The notes beneath the pieces were generated by a model. That model saw only the letters and a list, made by a program, of their open reading frames with translations, made no database searches and was not told the origin of the DNA. A stretch of DNA of 64,000 nucleotides, from positions 1,984,001 through 2,048,000 of the forward strand of contig CAWDXG010000004.1 of the NCBI GenBank assembly GCA_963806225.1, in the 5' to 3' direction. A program made the translations under genes and the position numbers. This DNA comes from an uncultured delta proteobacterium. GTDB lineage: Bacteria; Myxococcota_A; Polyangia; Polyangiales; Polyangiaceae. Shown in pieces: positions 20,913 through 31,015 of the stretch; the first letter of the stretch is position 1, and each line of letters begins with the position of its first letter.

Positions 20913-21790
20913 CAGCGTGCCTCGCTGTCCCAACGCTCGGTGGCCAAGGGCTTCCTGTACACGAGGTCGTCCTGCAGATGCACGAGCTCGAATGCCGTCG
21001 AGACGTTCAGCAGCGATTCGGAGTGGCCCAGCATCAGGTAGCCGCCCGGGATCAAGCGGTCGTACAGGTTGTCTATCACGCGCCGACGCGAACGGACGTC
21101 GAAGTATATGAGGACGTTACGACAGAAGATCGCATCCACTCGTCCAACGATAGCCGCCTTTGCTCCGTCGAGCAGGTTGAGCTGCCCGAAGTGACACATC
21201 TTCTTGATGGGGTCCACGACGTGGTAGCCGTCGTCCCGTTCCTCGAAATAAGTGCGCATCTCCTCATCGCCCGTGGCGCGGAACGACGCACCGCGGTAGA
21301 CGCCGCGCCGGGCGAACGCAACGTTGCTGCGGGAGATGTCACTGCCGATGATGCGCACATCCCAGCCGCGGAAGCGCCCGGACTGATCGACCAGCATCGC
21401 GGTCGTGTAGGCCTCCTCGCCGCTGGAGCATCCCGCGCTCCATACGGTGAGGCGCCGGCGCGCCGCGTTCGTCTGCGCAAGTCGCGGCAGGAGCTCGTCC
21501 CGGAATGCCCTGAGCTGGTACTCCTGCCGGAAGAAATACGTCTCCTTCGTGGTCAGGGCCTCGATAGCCTCCTCCAGCTCGGCCTGTCCACGGATATTGA
21601 AGCGCAGGTACTTGTAGTACGCGTCGAATCCGGAAAGCTCGAGCGCCGCCACGCGGTCGCCCAGGCGGCGGTCGAAGACATACAGCGAGTCGTCGTCGTA
21701 GTGCAGCCCGGCGTGGTCGTTGACCAGATCGCGGAGCAGCCGGAACTGATCCGGCCTGAGCCTTGGCTTCGACTCGAAGCCACGCATCAT
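20912..21790 (-). CDS. cheR: chemotaxis protein-glutamate O-methyltransferase
   Basis: TTKETYFFR, WSAGCSSGEEAY, IFCRNVLIYFD, GYLMLGHSE. Confidence 0.95.
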   Translation of the reverse strand: MMRGFESKPRLRPDQFRLLRDLVNDHAGLHYDDDSLYVFDRRLGDRVAALELSGFDAYYKYLRFNIRGQAELEEAIEALTTKETYFFRQEYQLRAFRDELLPRLAQTNAARRRLTVWSAGCSSGEEAYTTAMLVDQSGRFRGWDVRIIGSDISRSNVAFARRGVYRGASFRATGDEEMRTYFEERDDGYHVVDPIKKMCHFGQLNLLDGAKAAIVGRVDAIFCRNVLIYFDVRSRRRVIDNLYDRLIPGGYLMLGHSESLLNVSTAFELVHLQDDLVYRKPLATERWDSEAR

Positions 21791-23901
21791 CGCACGCGCC
21801 CCGGCGGAGGTGTGGTGCGCCTGATCGGAACGACGCCTTCCAGTTTCGACAAAGCGCGCTGGATGGCTTCCTTGACGAGCGGCTCGTCCTCGCCGGCGAG
21901 TTTGGCGCGAAGCAGTCGCATGCCAGGTTCGCCGCCGAGGCGGCCCAGCAGGTCCGCCGCCAACCGGCGTACGTCCCATGCTTCGTGATCGAGACACGCA
22001 CCCAGGTGGGCGCCAACGCGTGCATCCCGCTCGTCGGTCAGCACGCGGAGCGCAGCTTTGACGACCTCGGCTTCGGGGTGGGACAGCGCGTCGATCAGGG
22101 CGTCGACACGCCGCTGGTCGTGCAGGCGGCCTAGAGCCTCGACCGCAGCTACGGCGGACATCGGATCACCGCTGCGAGCCAGGGGTCTGAGCACACTCAC
22201 AGCGCGAGCGTCGCCGGCCTCGCCCAGTGCGCTGATCGCGGCGGCGACTAGAGCCTGGTCCTCGGCCGCGCGCACCAGCTCCAGCAGATGCTCGACGCCC
22301 GCGGCCCCGCCGCTCTCGTCGCGCAGGCGCCCCAGCGCGTGCACGGCAGCCAGCTGCACCTCCAGCTCCTCGTCCGTGAGCGCGAACGCCACGGCCTCCA
22401 CACCCAGCGCACTGCCGAGCGCGGCCAGCGCGTCGAGCGCCGCGCGTCGTGCGGCGCTGCTATCGCTGCTGAGGACCGACGACAGGAAGCCGACGTCGTC
22501 GGCTAGCGTGTCCCGGACCGGCTCCCCCAGTGCGGCCAGGATGACCGCTGCGGAATGCGCGTCGGGGCTCTCCGGCGTCGCGCCGCGAGCCAGGCTCTGC
22601 GCCACGGCGGGGAAGCGGCGTGCCAGCTCGGACAGGGCGCTCGCGGCAGCCTGTCGCACCCGCGCCGGCGCGCCCTCGCGCGCCAGCCAGTCCGCGACAG
22701 GGCGCACGCAGCTCTCGTCGCCAATCATGGCCAGCGCAGTCAGCGCGGCGCCCGCCACGTCGAACGACTCGTCGGAAAGCGCCGCCCGGATGGCCCGCAC
22801 GGCCTGAGCCCGGGTCCCGGCATCCGCCAGACGTCCCAGCATCTCGATGAACACCCCGCGCTCGGGAACGCGGCTGTCGGTCGCGCGCCGGATCAGCAGC
22901 GGAACGGCGCGAGCGCCCAGGAGCGAGAGCGCCTGCTCACCCTCGGCGGCAACGCGATCGTCGACTAGCGCGTCCACGGCCAGCTCTACCGCGGCATCGC
23001 CGTCCAGCATCCCGACCAGAACCAGCGCGGTGCGTCGCGCATCCAGCGCATCGCCCTGGGTCGCGCTCGCTTCCTCCAGCAAGCGCTCCCGCACCTGGGG
23101 AGAGAGGTTGGCGAGCGCCGACCGGACGGTCCCGCGCAGGTCGACATCGGCTCCAAGCAGATCCACCAGTGCCGAGACCGTGTCGTACCAACCGGAACCA
23201 CGAGCGCGCTCCAGGGCGCGCGCCAGCACAGGCGCCGCGCGCTCGTCGCCACTCCGACCCGCCGCCAGCCATGCCGAGTGCTCCAGCACGGGATCGTCGA
23301 GCATCGGCTCGATCCGCTCCCAGGCCAGCACGACTCCCAGGCGGTTGAGACCGTCGAGCGCAGTCAACCGCTGGAAACTGTCGTCGGCCTCCAGACAACG
23401 CTGCAGCAGCGGGACCGCATCATCGAGACACGTCGTACCGCTCTGTGCGATCGCCTCGGTGACAGCAGCGCGCACGTTGACGTCCGGGTCGCCGAGCATC
23501 GTTTTCAGCACGACCAGTGCCGACGAATGCCCGCTGCCTCCGAGCGCCTCGGCGGCCAGCTTGCGCCCATCGGCGTCGAGAGACCCGAGCGCGCGGCTCA
23601 ACGCATGGACGGCGTTCTTGCCGTACCCGGCCAGCGCTTCCACCGCGGCGTTGCGCAACCCGACGTTTTCGCCGGGACCGAGCGCGTCGACGAGTCCCGA
23701 GAGGACCGCGGGCGAGGGCGCCATCGCCGTCGCAACCGAGGTTGCTTCCTTGCGAACGCGCCAGTCCTCGTCCCCGAGCGCCTTCATAAGCAGGTGCACA
23801 GCGCCATCACCGCCGTGCCGGACCAGCTCGGCAGCAGCACGACGACGCTCTTCGGGGTCAGCCGACTCGAGCCTTTTCTCTACGCCGGCGATTGGGTTCA
23901 A
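21787..23901 (-). CDS. HEAT/PBS-lyase repeat protein in the che operon
   Basis: Repeated LxDxDxxVRxxAxxAL units; TTG start overlapping the cheW stop (TTGA). Confidence 0.85.
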   Translation of the reverse strand: MNPIAGVEKRLESADPEERRRAAAELVRHGGDGAVHLLMKALGDEDWRVRKEATSVATAMAPSPAVLSGLVDALGPGENVGLRNAAVEALAGYGKNAVHALSRALGSLDADGRKLAAEALGGSGHSSALVVLKTMLGDPDVNVRAAVTEAIAQSGTTCLDDAVPLLQRCLEADDSFQRLTALDGLNRLGVVLAWERIEPMLDDPVLEHSAWLAAGRSGDERAAPVLARALERARGSGWYDTVSALVDLLGADVDLRGTVRSALANLSPQVRERLLEEASATQGDALDARRTALVLVGMLDGDAAVELAVDALVDDRVAAEGEQALSLLGARAVPLLIRRATDSRVPERGVFIEMLGRLADAGTRAQAVRAIRAALSDESFDVAGAALTALAMIGDESCVRPVADWLAREGAPARVRQAAASALSELARRFPAVAQSLARGATPESPDAHSAAVILAALGEPVRDTLADDVGFLSSVLSSDSSAARRAALDALAALGSALGVEAVAFALTDEELEVQLAAVHALGRLRDESGGAAGVEHLLELVRAAEDQALVAAAISALGEAGDARAVSVLRPLARSGDPMSAVAAVEALGRLHDQRRVDALIDALSHPEAEVVKAALRVLTDERDARVGAHLGACLDHEAWDVRRLAADLLGRLGGEPGMRLLRAKLAGEDEPLVKEAIQRALSKLEGVVPIRRTTPPPGRVR

Positions 23902-24395
23902 CGCTGCTCCTCGGCGACATCGAGCAGCCCCTGCTGCGCGAGCGGCGCGGTGAGAGCGGCGAACCGATCCACCTCGAGAACGAAGGTCATCCGCCCGTCG
24001 TGGGTCGCAACGCCGGCGATGCCGCGCACGTCGTCTCCGGTCCCGAGCGCGGGCGCGTCGCGCAGCTCCGCGCCGCCGGTACCGAACACCTCGGTCACGT
24101 GATCCACGACGAGCCCGACGCTGCGCCCCTCCACATCGACCAGGATCCACTTGGTCCGGCCCGAGTCGCTTGCTGACGGCAGCCCGAAGCGCGTGCGGAG
24201 ATCGACGACCGGCACGACCTCCCCACGGTGGTCCGCCACTCCGATCACGGAGCCCGGAGCGTGCGGCAGCTCGGTCAGCCGGAGCGGATTGACGATCTCG
24301 CGGACCGCACCGATGGGAACCGCATAGGCGACATCGCCGACGACGAAGCCGACCAGGCTCTTCTCGGGATCGGGGCGTTGCTTGTCGCTGGCCAT
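23898..24395 (-). CDS. cheW: chemotaxis adaptor CheW
   Basis: VREIV..LTELPHAP..GVADHRGEVVPVVDLR, GLVVDHV. Confidence 0.92.
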   Translation of the reverse strand: MASDKQRPDPEKSLVGFVVGDVAYAVPIGAVREIVNPLRLTELPHAPGSVIGVADHRGEVVPVVDLRTRFGLPSASDSGRTKWILVDVEGRSVGLVVDHVTEVFGTGGAELRDAPALGTGDDVRGIAGVATHDGRMTFVLEVDRFAALTAPLAQQGLLDVAEEQR

Positions 24396-24403
24396 GGCAA
24401 TCC

Positions 24404-24886
24404 TCAGCTCGAAACGATGCTCTTCAGGTCCAGAAGGATGATCAGCTGTCCGGCGGGACGACTGATGCCGACAACATGTTCAGAGATGTCGCCGCCCAGA
24501 ACGGCGGACGCCAGCTCGATGCTGGACTCGGCCAGGCGCATCACCTGCCGCACCTCGTCGACGAACAGGCCGATGACTTCACCATCCGGCGCTTCCGCGA
24601 GCAGGATGCGGGCGCGGCGCGTGGCAGGGCGCTCCTCCAGCTTGAGCCGGCGCCGGAGGTCCACCACGGTCACCAGCAGGCCCCGTACGCTGCACACCCC
24701 CAGGACCTCCGAAGGCGCGCGCGGCACTTCGGTGATCGGTGGCGGGCTCAGGATCTCGCGGATGCGGGTCAGCTCCACCCCGTAGATGTCGCCGGACAGC
24801 ATGAAGACCAGGAACTCGCGAACCGCAACGAGCCCATCCGGAGACGGCTCCGGGGCCCGGCGGGGGCGTCTGACGAGCTCAGCCAT
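24404..24886 (-). CDS. cheW: chemotaxis adaptor CheW (second copy)
   Basis: IREIL..ITEVPRAP..GVCSVRGLLVTVVDLR, GLFVDEV. Confidence 0.92.
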   Translation of the reverse strand: MAELVRRPRRAPEPSPDGLVAVREFLVFMLSGDIYGVELTRIREILSPPPITEVPRAPSEVLGVCSVRGLLVTVVDLRRRLKLEERPATRRARILLAEAPDGEVIGLFVDEVRQVMRLAESSIELASAVLGGDISEHVVGISRPAGQLIILLDLKSIVSS

Positions 24887-26996
24887 CCGCCCTCCGGATC
24901 CCCTGCTTCGCTTCCACCCCCGCGAGCACCTCTTCAATCAGCGCGGCTGGGTCGAGCACCAGGCCGACGCGCTGATCGCCGAGCTCGGTCGCGCCGGTGA
25001 AACCCCGCACTTTCGACAGCGAGCGGCCCAGCGACTTGATCACGATGTCCTGCTGCCCGAACAGGCGGTCCACAACGAGTCCCAACCGGCGGCTTCCCAT
25101 CGACGCGACGACCACAAAACGCCGTCTGGGTTCTCCGTCGCTCCGCTCGAGCCTGAGCAGCCGGTCGAGCCGACACAAGGGCAGCGTCGTGCCCCGCAAC
25201 GTCATGACCTCGCGCGAGTCGACGAGCCGCACACCGGAACCGTCGAACGAGATCGCTTCCGACACGCTGCTGAGCGGGATCGCAAAGACCCTCCCGGCGA
25301 CATCGACAACCAGCGCGCTGACGATCGCGAGCGTGATCGGCAGCGTGATGGTCATCTTCGTGCCGATCCCCCTTTCGGTGTGCACGTCGATGACCCCGCC
25401 CAGACGGCTGATGTTGGTCTTGACGATGTCCATCCCCACGCCGCGGCCGCTGAGATCGTTGGCTTCGGCGCGTGTACTGATTCCGGGAAGGAAGATCAGG
25501 CCGAGCACCTCGTCGCGCGTGAGCTCACCCGCTTCGTCGGCTTGGAGCTTGCCGAGCTGGACGGCCTTGGCGACCAGCGCTTCGTCGTCGATGCCCTGAC
25601 CGTCGTCCTCGATCTCGATCATCACGTGATTGCCCTTCTGGAAGGCATTCAGCGCAATGGTCCCCGCCTGCGGCTTGCCCACCTCGCTGCGCTCGGCGGC
25701 GGGCTCGATGCCGTGATCGATCGCGTTGCGGATCATGTGCATCAGCGGATCGCTGAGCTCTTCCACGATGAGCTTGTCGATCTCGGTCTCTGCGCCGGTG
25801 ATGACCAGGCGGATCTCCTTTTCTACCTCGCGGCTGAGCTGGCGTACCACGCGCGCCAGTCGGTCGAAGACCTGGCCCAGCGGAACCATCCGCACCTCGA
25901 GGATGCCGTCCTGCATCTCGGTCAGGCGTCGGTCGAAGTTCCGGTGAAGGCGCAGAAGCTCGGTGGCAAGCTGGCGCTGACCTTCGCCACGCAGACGCTC
26001 TGCCACCCGCGACAGGCTGCTGCGCACGATGGCCAACTCGCCAACGATATTCATCAGATGGTCGAGCTTGCGGATGTCGACGCGCACCGTCTGGCTCACG
26101 GATCGCAGCGACGACGCCAACTCGAGATGTTCCGACTCCGCCGCGCCAGGTTCCGGCACCAGCGACTCGGCGGAGGGGAAGGCGGTCGGCAACCTGGGCG
26201 CGGTGTCAACAGGGGGCGGCAGGGTTCCGGGCGCGGCCAGCGAACGCCGGGAACGGCGAGGGATCTCCTCGATAACAACGTTGTCCGCTCCCAGCGACCC
26301 AATCAGCGTTGCCAGGTCGTCGTGCGACGCCATCAGGAGATCGAGCTCGATCGTGTCGGCGCTGGTCGCGTCGCCCGTGGGGAGATAGGTGATGATCTCG
26401 CCGTGACGCTTGGCGCGCTCCTTCATGTCCTCGAGCGCCTTGTCGATCGTCGTGAGATTGAACTGCACGCGGAGGCGGTAGAGCCTGAACCCCTGCTCGA
26501 TGTTGGTGACGAGGCGATGTTCCTCGTATTCCGTCAGGACGGCGAGAGTGCCGGGGTCGAGCTCGTACTCGGTGCTCGGGCTGGCGCGCTGCTGGGCTCC
26601 TGCTCCCAGGCGCTGCAACTTCGCGATGAGCTCGTCGACGGCGGAGATCGACTTGTCGGACCCCTCCTTCTCCGCGGTGAGGATCTGCGCGTACACGTCG
26701 ATCGCGCGGAACAGTACGTCGAGGACCTGGGCGCTCAGCTCCATACGGCCCAGGCGCAGATCGTCGAGGACGTCCTCCAGCTGGTGGGATAGCGAACCCA
26801 TGCGGGTCGCGCCGAACAGCCCTGCCAGACCCTTGAGCGTGTGGACCGCGCGGAACGCCTCGTTCACCAGCGAGGGATCGCTGGAGCCGCTCTTCTGCGC
26901 CGCGTCCAGCGCTAGAAGGTTGCGCGAGAAGCTCTCGATGATTTCCTGCGCCTCGGAGAAGAACTCCTCGCGCGCCTTGTCTGTAGGCTCAACCAT
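24879..26996 (-). CDS. cheA: chemotaxis histidine kinase CheA
   Basis: Hpt FRAVHTLKG, VRVDIRKLD, HMIRNAIDHGIE, DDGQGID, SGRGVGMD, C-terminal CheW domain. Confidence 0.96.
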   Translation of the reverse strand: MVEPTDKAREEFFSEAQEIIESFSRNLLALDAAQKSGSSDPSLVNEAFRAVHTLKGLAGLFGATRMGSLSHQLEDVLDDLRLGRMELSAQVLDVLFRAIDVYAQILTAEKEGSDKSISAVDELIAKLQRLGAGAQQRASPSTEYELDPGTLAVLTEYEEHRLVTNIEQGFRLYRLRVQFNLTTIDKALEDMKERAKRHGEIITYLPTGDATSADTIELDLLMASHDDLATLIGSLGADNVVIEEIPRRSRRSLAAPGTLPPPVDTAPRLPTAFPSAESLVPEPGAAESEHLELASSLRSVSQTVRVDIRKLDHLMNIVGELAIVRSSLSRVAERLRGEGQRQLATELLRLHRNFDRRLTEMQDGILEVRMVPLGQVFDRLARVVRQLSREVEKEIRLVITGAETEIDKLIVEELSDPLMHMIRNAIDHGIEPAAERSEVGKPQAGTIALNAFQKGNHVMIEIEDDGQGIDDEALVAKAVQLGKLQADEAGELTRDEVLGLIFLPGISTRAEANDLSGRGVGMDIVKTNISRLGGVIDVHTERGIGTKMTITLPITLAIVSALVVDVAGRVFAIPLSSVSEAISFDGSGVRLVDSREVMTLRGTTLPLCRLDRLLRLERSDGEPRRRFVVVASMGSRRLGLVVDRLFGQQDIVIKSLGRSLSKVRGFTGATELGDQRVGLVLDPAALIEEVLAGVEAKQGIRRADG

Positions 26997-27396
26997 TCGG
27001 CTCGGCGTGCTGGCGCGGGCGCGCGAGCTGCCGAACGGTCTCCTCGCGCAACAACTCCGGCGTAAAGGGTTTGGCCAGGTAGCCGTCCGCGCCTAGCGCC
27101 AGCCCGCGCTCACGGTCGCGATCGGAGGACTGGGTCGAGATGAGCAGCACAGGCAAGTCCCTGTGCCGCTCGCTCTTCCGGATGAACTGCACCAGCTCGA
27201 GTCCGTTGATGTCGGGCATGTTGATGTCCGTGATCACGAGATCGTAGTGGCCTCGCGGCAGCAGGCGCAGCGCATCGAACCCACTGGACGCCTCGACCAC
27301 TTCGAGCTCCCCCATGCCGGCCTCCTCCGCCTCGAGCGCACTGCGCACGAACGCGCGCATGCTCACGGAATCCTCGACCACGAGAATGCGATGCAC
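26989..27396 (-). CDS. cheY: CheY-like single-domain response regulator
   Basis: ILVVEDS, ITDINMPDINGLEL, YLAKPF. Confidence 0.88.
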   Translation of the reverse strand: MHRILVVEDSVSMRAFVRSALEAEEAGMGELEVVEASSGFDALRLLPRGHYDLVITDINMPDINGLELVQFIRKSERHRDLPVLLISTQSSDRDRERGLALGADGYLAKPFTPELLREETVRQLARPRQHAEPNG

Positions 27397-28307
27397 TATT
27401 TCCCCGCTCCTCCAGCGCGCATCTTGCGCGGGGCGCGGTCCAACCGCCTGGCCTTGGCCCCCGGCTCCTTGCCGGGAGCGTAGTAGAGCGACTGCCGCTT
27501 CATCGGCTTCTCGTCGAACTCGCCCATCAGCCAGGCCTCGAGGTCCTTCCAGAGCTCCGGGTGCGCATCGCCGAGCAGCTTTGCCGAGTGGTATCGGCCG
27601 GAATAGCGCTTGACCGTGCCGGCCATGGCCATGTGCGCGAGAGCGTCCATGGGTGACCGCGAAATGATGTCGTCACTGGACGCGGCAAGGAAGGTGGGGA
27701 GGTTCCGCACCTGGGCATACGGGTGGTACACATCCACGCCGTCGATCGCGGCAGCCGGCGAGATCAGCGCAAGCGCCGTCACTTTCGGCTCGCTGTACGC
27801 GACCCTCGAAACGAGCGCGGCACCCAGCGATGAACCGACCAGCACCACACCGCGGGCGCGCCCACCGCTCTCTTCGAGAACCTCGTGGATCGCAGCCTGG
27901 ACGTCCTGGCTGCCCAGCTCGCCGGGGTCCAGCTTCCCGGGGTGAAGCGGCGGCGGGGAGGCGCCCGAACCCCGGCGGTCGAATGCGAGGAGAGTGAAGC
28001 GCTTGTCGGCCTTCGCCAACCGCTGCACCAGCGGCTTGAACTCGCTCTGCGATCCGTCCTGCCGGTGCACCAGCACGACGGCTGGGGCCGAGTGATCCGC
28101 GGCCAGGTATAGCTCCCCTGCCAGCATCTCGCCGTCCGCCGTCTTGAAATGGACGTCCCGCTTCGGTGTGGGAGGCGGTCCCGATTTCGCGGGCGCCTGG
28201 GTGGGCCTAGCGGCGATCGTCGGAGCCGGCGCCGGCGTCTTGCCCGAGTTGCACCCGACCGCGAACACGACGAGAGTCAGCGCGCTGATCCAGACCGGTC
28301 GAAGCAC
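27396..28307 (-). CDS. alpha/beta-hydrolase lipoprotein
   Basis: Lipobox AVGC; FDRRGSGAS, GSSLG nucleophile elbow; stop overlaps the cheY start. Confidence 0.8.
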   Translation of the reverse strand: MLRPVWISALTLVVFAVGCNSGKTPAPAPTIAARPTQAPAKSGPPPTPKRDVHFKTADGEMLAGELYLAADHSAPAVVLVHRQDGSQSEFKPLVQRLAKADKRFTLLAFDRRGSGASPPPLHPGKLDPGELGSQDVQAAIHEVLEESGGRARGVVLVGSSLGAALVSRVAYSEPKVTALALISPAAAIDGVDVYHPYAQVRNLPTFLAASSDDIISRSPMDALAHMAMAGTVKRYSGRYHSAKLLGDAHPELWKDLEAWLMGEFDEKPMKRQSLYYAPGKEPGAKARRLDRAPRKMRAGGAGK

Positions 28308-28428
28308 CGAGCCATGGTAGCAGCTTGCAGGGCCGGCGGGCAGCAGCCGACCGGCGCGCCTGGATTTCCCGGGGGTATCGGCGTCTGTAGCCGAACCGCC
28401 GGGTGTCGACTACTATGCGTCGGTCACA

Positions 28429-29781
28429 ATGCCGAGTGGAGAGCACCACGGAGGGGCGGGCTCCGCCAATGCCGCCGATACCCGCCGAGCGGACGGGGGC
28501 GCAGAAGCGCTGACCGATCCGGCGCGGCCGGTCCGCGCTACGCCGGCCCCCCGGTCCACCCCCGGCGAGGCCAAGCAGCACGTCCAGGCCGCGCTGGCAG
28601 CGGGAACGCGCACTGGAGCGAGCCTGAGCGCATTGTTCCAGGCCGTCGAACAGATGACGGACGGGCTGAGCGGCGCCCGGGAGGCGAACCAGCAGCTCGT
28701 CGAGGAGCTCCAGACGATGCGCCAGATGCTCGACGAGCGCATCGAGGAAAACGCTTCGCTGCAGGAACAGCTGGGGGCGCTGACGGGCGAGCGCGATCAC
28801 GCGCTGCGCGAGCTGGAACAGATACGAGCCGACGCGGAGCGGGAACGCGGTTTTCTGGTCGACGAGCAGGACCGTTTCCTTGCTGCGCTGCTCGAGGATC
28901 ACGAGCAGGCCCTGGACGCACTGCGACGTGAACGCGATGAAGCGCGCAGGCGTGGCGCGACAAGCCAGCGCGACCCGCCGACCAAGCCGGGAACGCCCAT
29001 GGCCGGCGACGACCGCGCGGCCGAGACCGCACACGAGCTGCTCGAGGCGCGGCGCACGATCGAGAAGCTGATGACCGAGCGCAATCGCTCGCGCTCGATG
29101 TTGCGCCTGATCAGAGCCCAACGCGACGAGGCGCAGGCCGCGCTGGCCGGTGCCGGCGACGGCGAGAGCGACGGCGAATTGAACGTGACGGTGACAGCGG
29201 CCCCGCTGGCGTCACCCCAGGACAGCGTCGCCACACTGCCGCCGCATCCAGGTGCCGGCCGGACGGACGAAAGAAGCGGTCGAACGACCGATCCGCAGGG
29301 TCCGCGGGCGCTGATGGCGGACGAAGCCGGGTCCGAGCGCATTACCGACCCATTGCCTCGATCTTCGCTGGCCCAGGCGCTGGAGGCCACGCGGCCCGCG
29401 CAGCTAGAGGAGTCCGGACCTCCGCAGGGACCAGTCCGCGCAGCGCCGCAGACAGCCAACGGGGCGCCGCACCGGCGCAGCACGGAACCAGGCATCGCAG
29501 CGCCGACGCCTCCGCCCGAGGAGCTGCGCGCCGCGATCACGGCGGCGCCCGCGGCGACGAAGCCGACGCAACCTGAAGGCGTCCCCGCACCGACTGACGG
29601 CAAGCCCGCGCTCAAACGCAAGCCGGACCCCACGGCACGCCCGCTCGGCGGCTACTCGCTGGGTGAAGGCGAGAATCGAAGCCGAACGCGTCGAGGGCAC
29701 GCGCCTTGGCTCGTCCAAGGCGCCGCAGCGCTGAAGCCATCGACAGGGTCGGCGCAAGCTGGGAAAACCGTGGCCCCATGA
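28429..29781 (+). CDS. coiled-coil / Pro-rich hypothetical protein (probable +1 frameshift near 29674, true stop probably 29734)
   Basis: Long heptad-like E/R/L/A region; codon bias collapses after 29674. Confidence 0.7.
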   Translation: MPSGEHHGGAGSANAADTRRADGGAEALTDPARPVRATPAPRSTPGEAKQHVQAALAAGTRTGASLSALFQAVEQMTDGLSGAREANQQLVEELQTMRQMLDERIEENASLQEQLGALTGERDHALRELEQIRADAERERGFLVDEQDRFLAALLEDHEQALDALRRERDEARRRGATSQRDPPTKPGTPMAGDDRAAETAHELLEARRTIEKLMTERNRSRSMLRLIRAQRDEAQAALAGAGDGESDGELNVTVTAAPLASPQDSVATLPPHPGAGRTDERSGRTTDPQGPRALMADEAGSERITDPLPRSSLAQALEATRPAQLEESGPPQGPVRAAPQTANGAPHRRSTEPGIAAPTPPPEELRAAITAAPAATKPTQPEGVPAPTDGKPALKRKPDPTARPLGGYSLGEGENRSRTRRGHAPWLVQGAAALKPSTGSAQAGKTVAP

Positions 29782-30659
29782 GCGCAGACGACGCCTCGCC
29801 GAGCGAAAACCGGAGCTCCGCCCGATGGGCGAGCCTGCGGGCGGCCGGGGTGTGCATCCTGGCACTCGCGGCGCTGCTCTTTCCGCGCATGGCACTGCCG
29901 GCCGCGTTCCTCACGTTTCTCGCGTACCTTTCCCTCCCCTCCGGCGAATTCGAGCAGCGCCGCATCTGGCGCGCGACACTGCTGGTGGCGAGCATCGCTT
30001 CAGGCGTCGCGCTGGTGCGGTTTGTTGCCCGGGAAGCACTGCCGGGCATGGTGGCGGGCGGCAACGAGGCACAGGAGCGCAGCGCGATAGCCCGGCTGCG
30101 CGAGATCCTGTTCGCCGAGGATCTGATGCGGACGAAGGCCTACGTCGATCCGGACCACGACGGCGTGGGCTCGGCGGGGCGCATCGACGAGCTCGCGGGC
30201 ACAAGCCCCGTCCGGGGCGGGCGCCGGCTCCAGGTCCCGCCGCTGAATCCGGCTTTCGGCAAGGCGGAGCAGACCCGCATCGGACCCGCCCTGCAGACCG
30301 AAGGCTATCTGTTCGTCGTGTGCGTCCCCAAGCGGGGCGGTGGTTTCACCGCCCGCCCGTCGGATGCGGTCGATGAAGAGAAGGCGGAGCGTCGCTTCAT
30401 CGCCTACGCGTGGCCCGCAGCCGCCGGGCGAAGCGTAGGGGCCGCCTACGCAATCGACGAGCACGAACGCATCCTCGAGTCGTCCAACGTCGAGCCCGGC
30501 AAGCCACGGGAGCCGCACTATGCCAGTCCCGGCTTTCCGCCGCCGTGCAACGCCGCGGTCGCGCCGACGACCCGCAATGACTGGAAGCCTTGGAAGGGCA
30601 AGAAACCGCGCCGGCGCCTACCCGGCGACAAGCCTGCGTCTTCGGCCGGCCAGCCCTAG
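29778..30659 (+). CDS. membrane-anchored protein with pilin-like/DUF2950-like C-terminal domain
   Basis: N-terminal TM helices; GNEAQERSAIARLREI, GYLF, FIAYAWPA..GRS motifs. Confidence 0.6.
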   Translation: MSADDASPSENRSSARWASLRAAGVCILALAALLFPRMALPAAFLTFLAYLSLPSGEFEQRRIWRATLLVASIASGVALVRFVAREALPGMVAGGNEAQERSAIARLREILFAEDLMRTKAYVDPDHDGVGSAGRIDELAGTSPVRGGRRLQVPPLNPAFGKAEQTRIGPALQTEGYLFVVCVPKRGGGFTARPSDAVDEEKAERRFIAYAWPAAAGRSVGAAYAIDEHERILESSNVEPGKPREPHYASPGFPPPCNAAVAPTTRNDWKPWKGKKPRRRLPGDKPASSAGQP

Positions 30660-30970
30660 CCCCGGCCACGCTTGCTGACGAGCAGGGCCTTGACGGCCTG
30701 CCTCGCCAGAGACGGCACGGAGAGCATGCTGCGTGCGAGCGACATCGCTAGAGCGGCTGGAGTACTGCCGCGCGCCTCGATGGCGACCTTCTCGCCGCTG
30801 GCGGTGTCCTCGAGCGCGCCCCGCGCGATGGTGCGGGTGCCGTCGGAGCGGATTTCCACGATCATGCGTGCGACGACCGGCGGCTCGTCGGGCTGGTTGT
30901 CCAGCTCGCTGCCGCGCGCCGCGGTGATGGCGTGCGGAGCGTCGGAGCTGCTTTCCCGATCGCCGCCCAT
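30656..30970 (-). CDS. small hypothetical protein
   Basis: Coding-like codon use; PVVARMIVEIRSDGTRTIARGALED. Confidence 0.7.
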   Translation of the reverse strand: MGGDRESSSDAPHAITAARGSELDNQPDEPPVVARMIVEIRSDGTRTIARGALEDTASGEKVAIEARGSTPAALAMSLARSMLSVPSLARQAVKALLVSKRGRG

Positions 30971-31015
30971 GCCATCCGGTATAGCGCGCACCTGCTGGGT
31001 CGACTAGGCTCGCGC

